From Eledone cirrhosa (lineage: Eukaryota): a DNA stretch of 64,000 nt. Each line of letters opens with the position of its first letter. Positions within the stretch are counted from its first letter, which is position 1. Position numbers and translations under genes: made by a program. A model generated the notes under the pieces. That model did no database searches. It had not been told where the DNA came from and saw only the letters and a program-made list of their open reading frames with translations. Location: NCBI GenBank assembly GCA_964016885.1, contig OZ024740.1, forward strand, positions 122,140,001 through 122,204,000, given 5' to 3'. Positions 62,554-64,000 of the stretch are shown here, in pieces.

Positions 62554-62849
62554 ATATATATACTAGAAAGTGAATTTTTTTTTACAAAATGAAAAATAAC
62601 GGAGGTGTACTACACGAGTGAAAGTATAAAGAAAAAAAGATGAAATCGAAAATGCAACTGGAGTCTTATTTTAAAAAAAATATATATATATTTATTTGGT
62701 TCCTTTACCGATTTCGCAGTTCTTCTGCTTTTCAAAAGTAGAGTTGAGATGGAGGGTGTCTGGTTTTTCTAAAATATATATATATATATAAACTCGCGCG
62801 CACACACACACGTAGACATACACGCACACTCACACACACACACACACAT

Positions 62850-62884
<35 letters not shown>

Positions 62885-63087
62885 ATTGAAAAAGTGGAGA
62901 ATAACATGGTGAACATTACAAAAAAGGGGATTTATTTGCACTCTAACAATTGTTTCACTGATAAAGTTGTATAAAAATTGCTGAACACTAACAACAGTGA
63001 CACTCAATTTTAAATACGATGTTAGCTCGAAACTGTTAAAAAAATATATGTAACCGGCAAATTTACAAATTCAAATGACATCATCAA

Positions 63088-63279
63088 TAATAATTGTTTC
63101 TACTTTAGCCACAAGGCCAGCAATTAACCAGTTCATTACTGGTATTTTATTTTATCGACCCCGTAAGGATGAAAGGCAAAGTCAACCTCGGCGGGATTTG
63201 AACTCAGATCGTAAAGGGACGTAACTATGCTGGAAAGCATGGCGTCCGACCTTCTACCGATACTGCCAATCCACCGCCC
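63088..63279 (-). mobile_element. tRNA-derived SINE, well-preserved copy
   Basis: Head GGGCGGTGGATTGGCAGTATCGG, B box GAGTTCAAATCC, (ATT)-rich tail. Confidence 0.87.
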
Positions 63280-64000
63280 TATCAATAATAATATTAATAA
63301 TAAAGATATAGAAAGAAAATGAGGAAGAAAAGGAGATAGATAGAGTAAAGAGAGAAAGGAAAGGAAGGAGAAGGAAGAAGGAAAATGTAAAAAAAGAGAA
63401 AAAGAAGAAACATTAGAAATGATTATAGATAAAAATATAAATACGATGATGCTAGACAGAAGAGAGACAAACATAAGTAGAAATAACGTAGGATAGAAAG
63501 AAGAATAGAGGGACATATAAATGAATAAACGTTAACAGATGAATAATGCGAATAAATATGAAAATATATATATAAAAATATATAAAAAATATATAAAAAA
63601 TATATAAAAAATATATAAAAAATATATAAAAAATATATAAAAAATATATAAAAAATTTATAAATAAATAAATGAATAAATAAGTTATATCTAATGTGATA
63701 TAAAATGGTATAAAATGTGAAAAATAAAGAATAAAAATAAATACGTAAAAGAAGTAAAAATGTGCGAGGAATATTTAAACATATTAAAATTATTAAGAAT
63801 GGTTTTTGAGAATTGTTAAAATATATGGAGAGATATTAAGGTGAAAATGTGATAATGTTAAATATATATGTGCGTATTGGTTATTTTAATAAATAAATTA
63901 AATAATTAGTTTTAAGTTCTATTATATGATAAAATAAAATGACAGAGATGAAATAAATTTAGGGAGAGAAATATAAAGATAGAGAGTGAACGATAGAGAT

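Overview
AT-rich, microsatellite-dense animal DNA with no host exon I can support. The abundant tRNA-derived SINE resembles octopod repeats, so a cephalopod origin is likely, but that is inference. The window is a stack of decayed transposons: three R4/Dong-type RLE LINEs in (TAA)n, three Tx1/L1-type LINE pieces, an RTE-type LINE, Helitrons, a minus-strand Gypsy-like LTR relic (LTRs, PBS, PPT, 4-bp TSD), three RT+GIY-YIG Penelope-like elements (PLEs) and a Neptune-like endonuclease fragment. The most striking signal is non-coding. At least ten distinct short repeat families, mostly in (TA)n, carry type I hammerhead ribozyme (HHR) motifs or remnants. They occur as head-to-tail arrays of ~467-bp and ~555-bp units with one HHR each (retrozyme/circular-RNA candidates) and as many fold-back palindromes. 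In one family the two arms co-vary within each locus and the fold point is the same at both loci; other palindromes fold at or beside the HHR. This suggests a hairpin-primed replication route for PLE-dependent ribozyme parasites. All folds and alignments were done by eye and boundaries are approximate.
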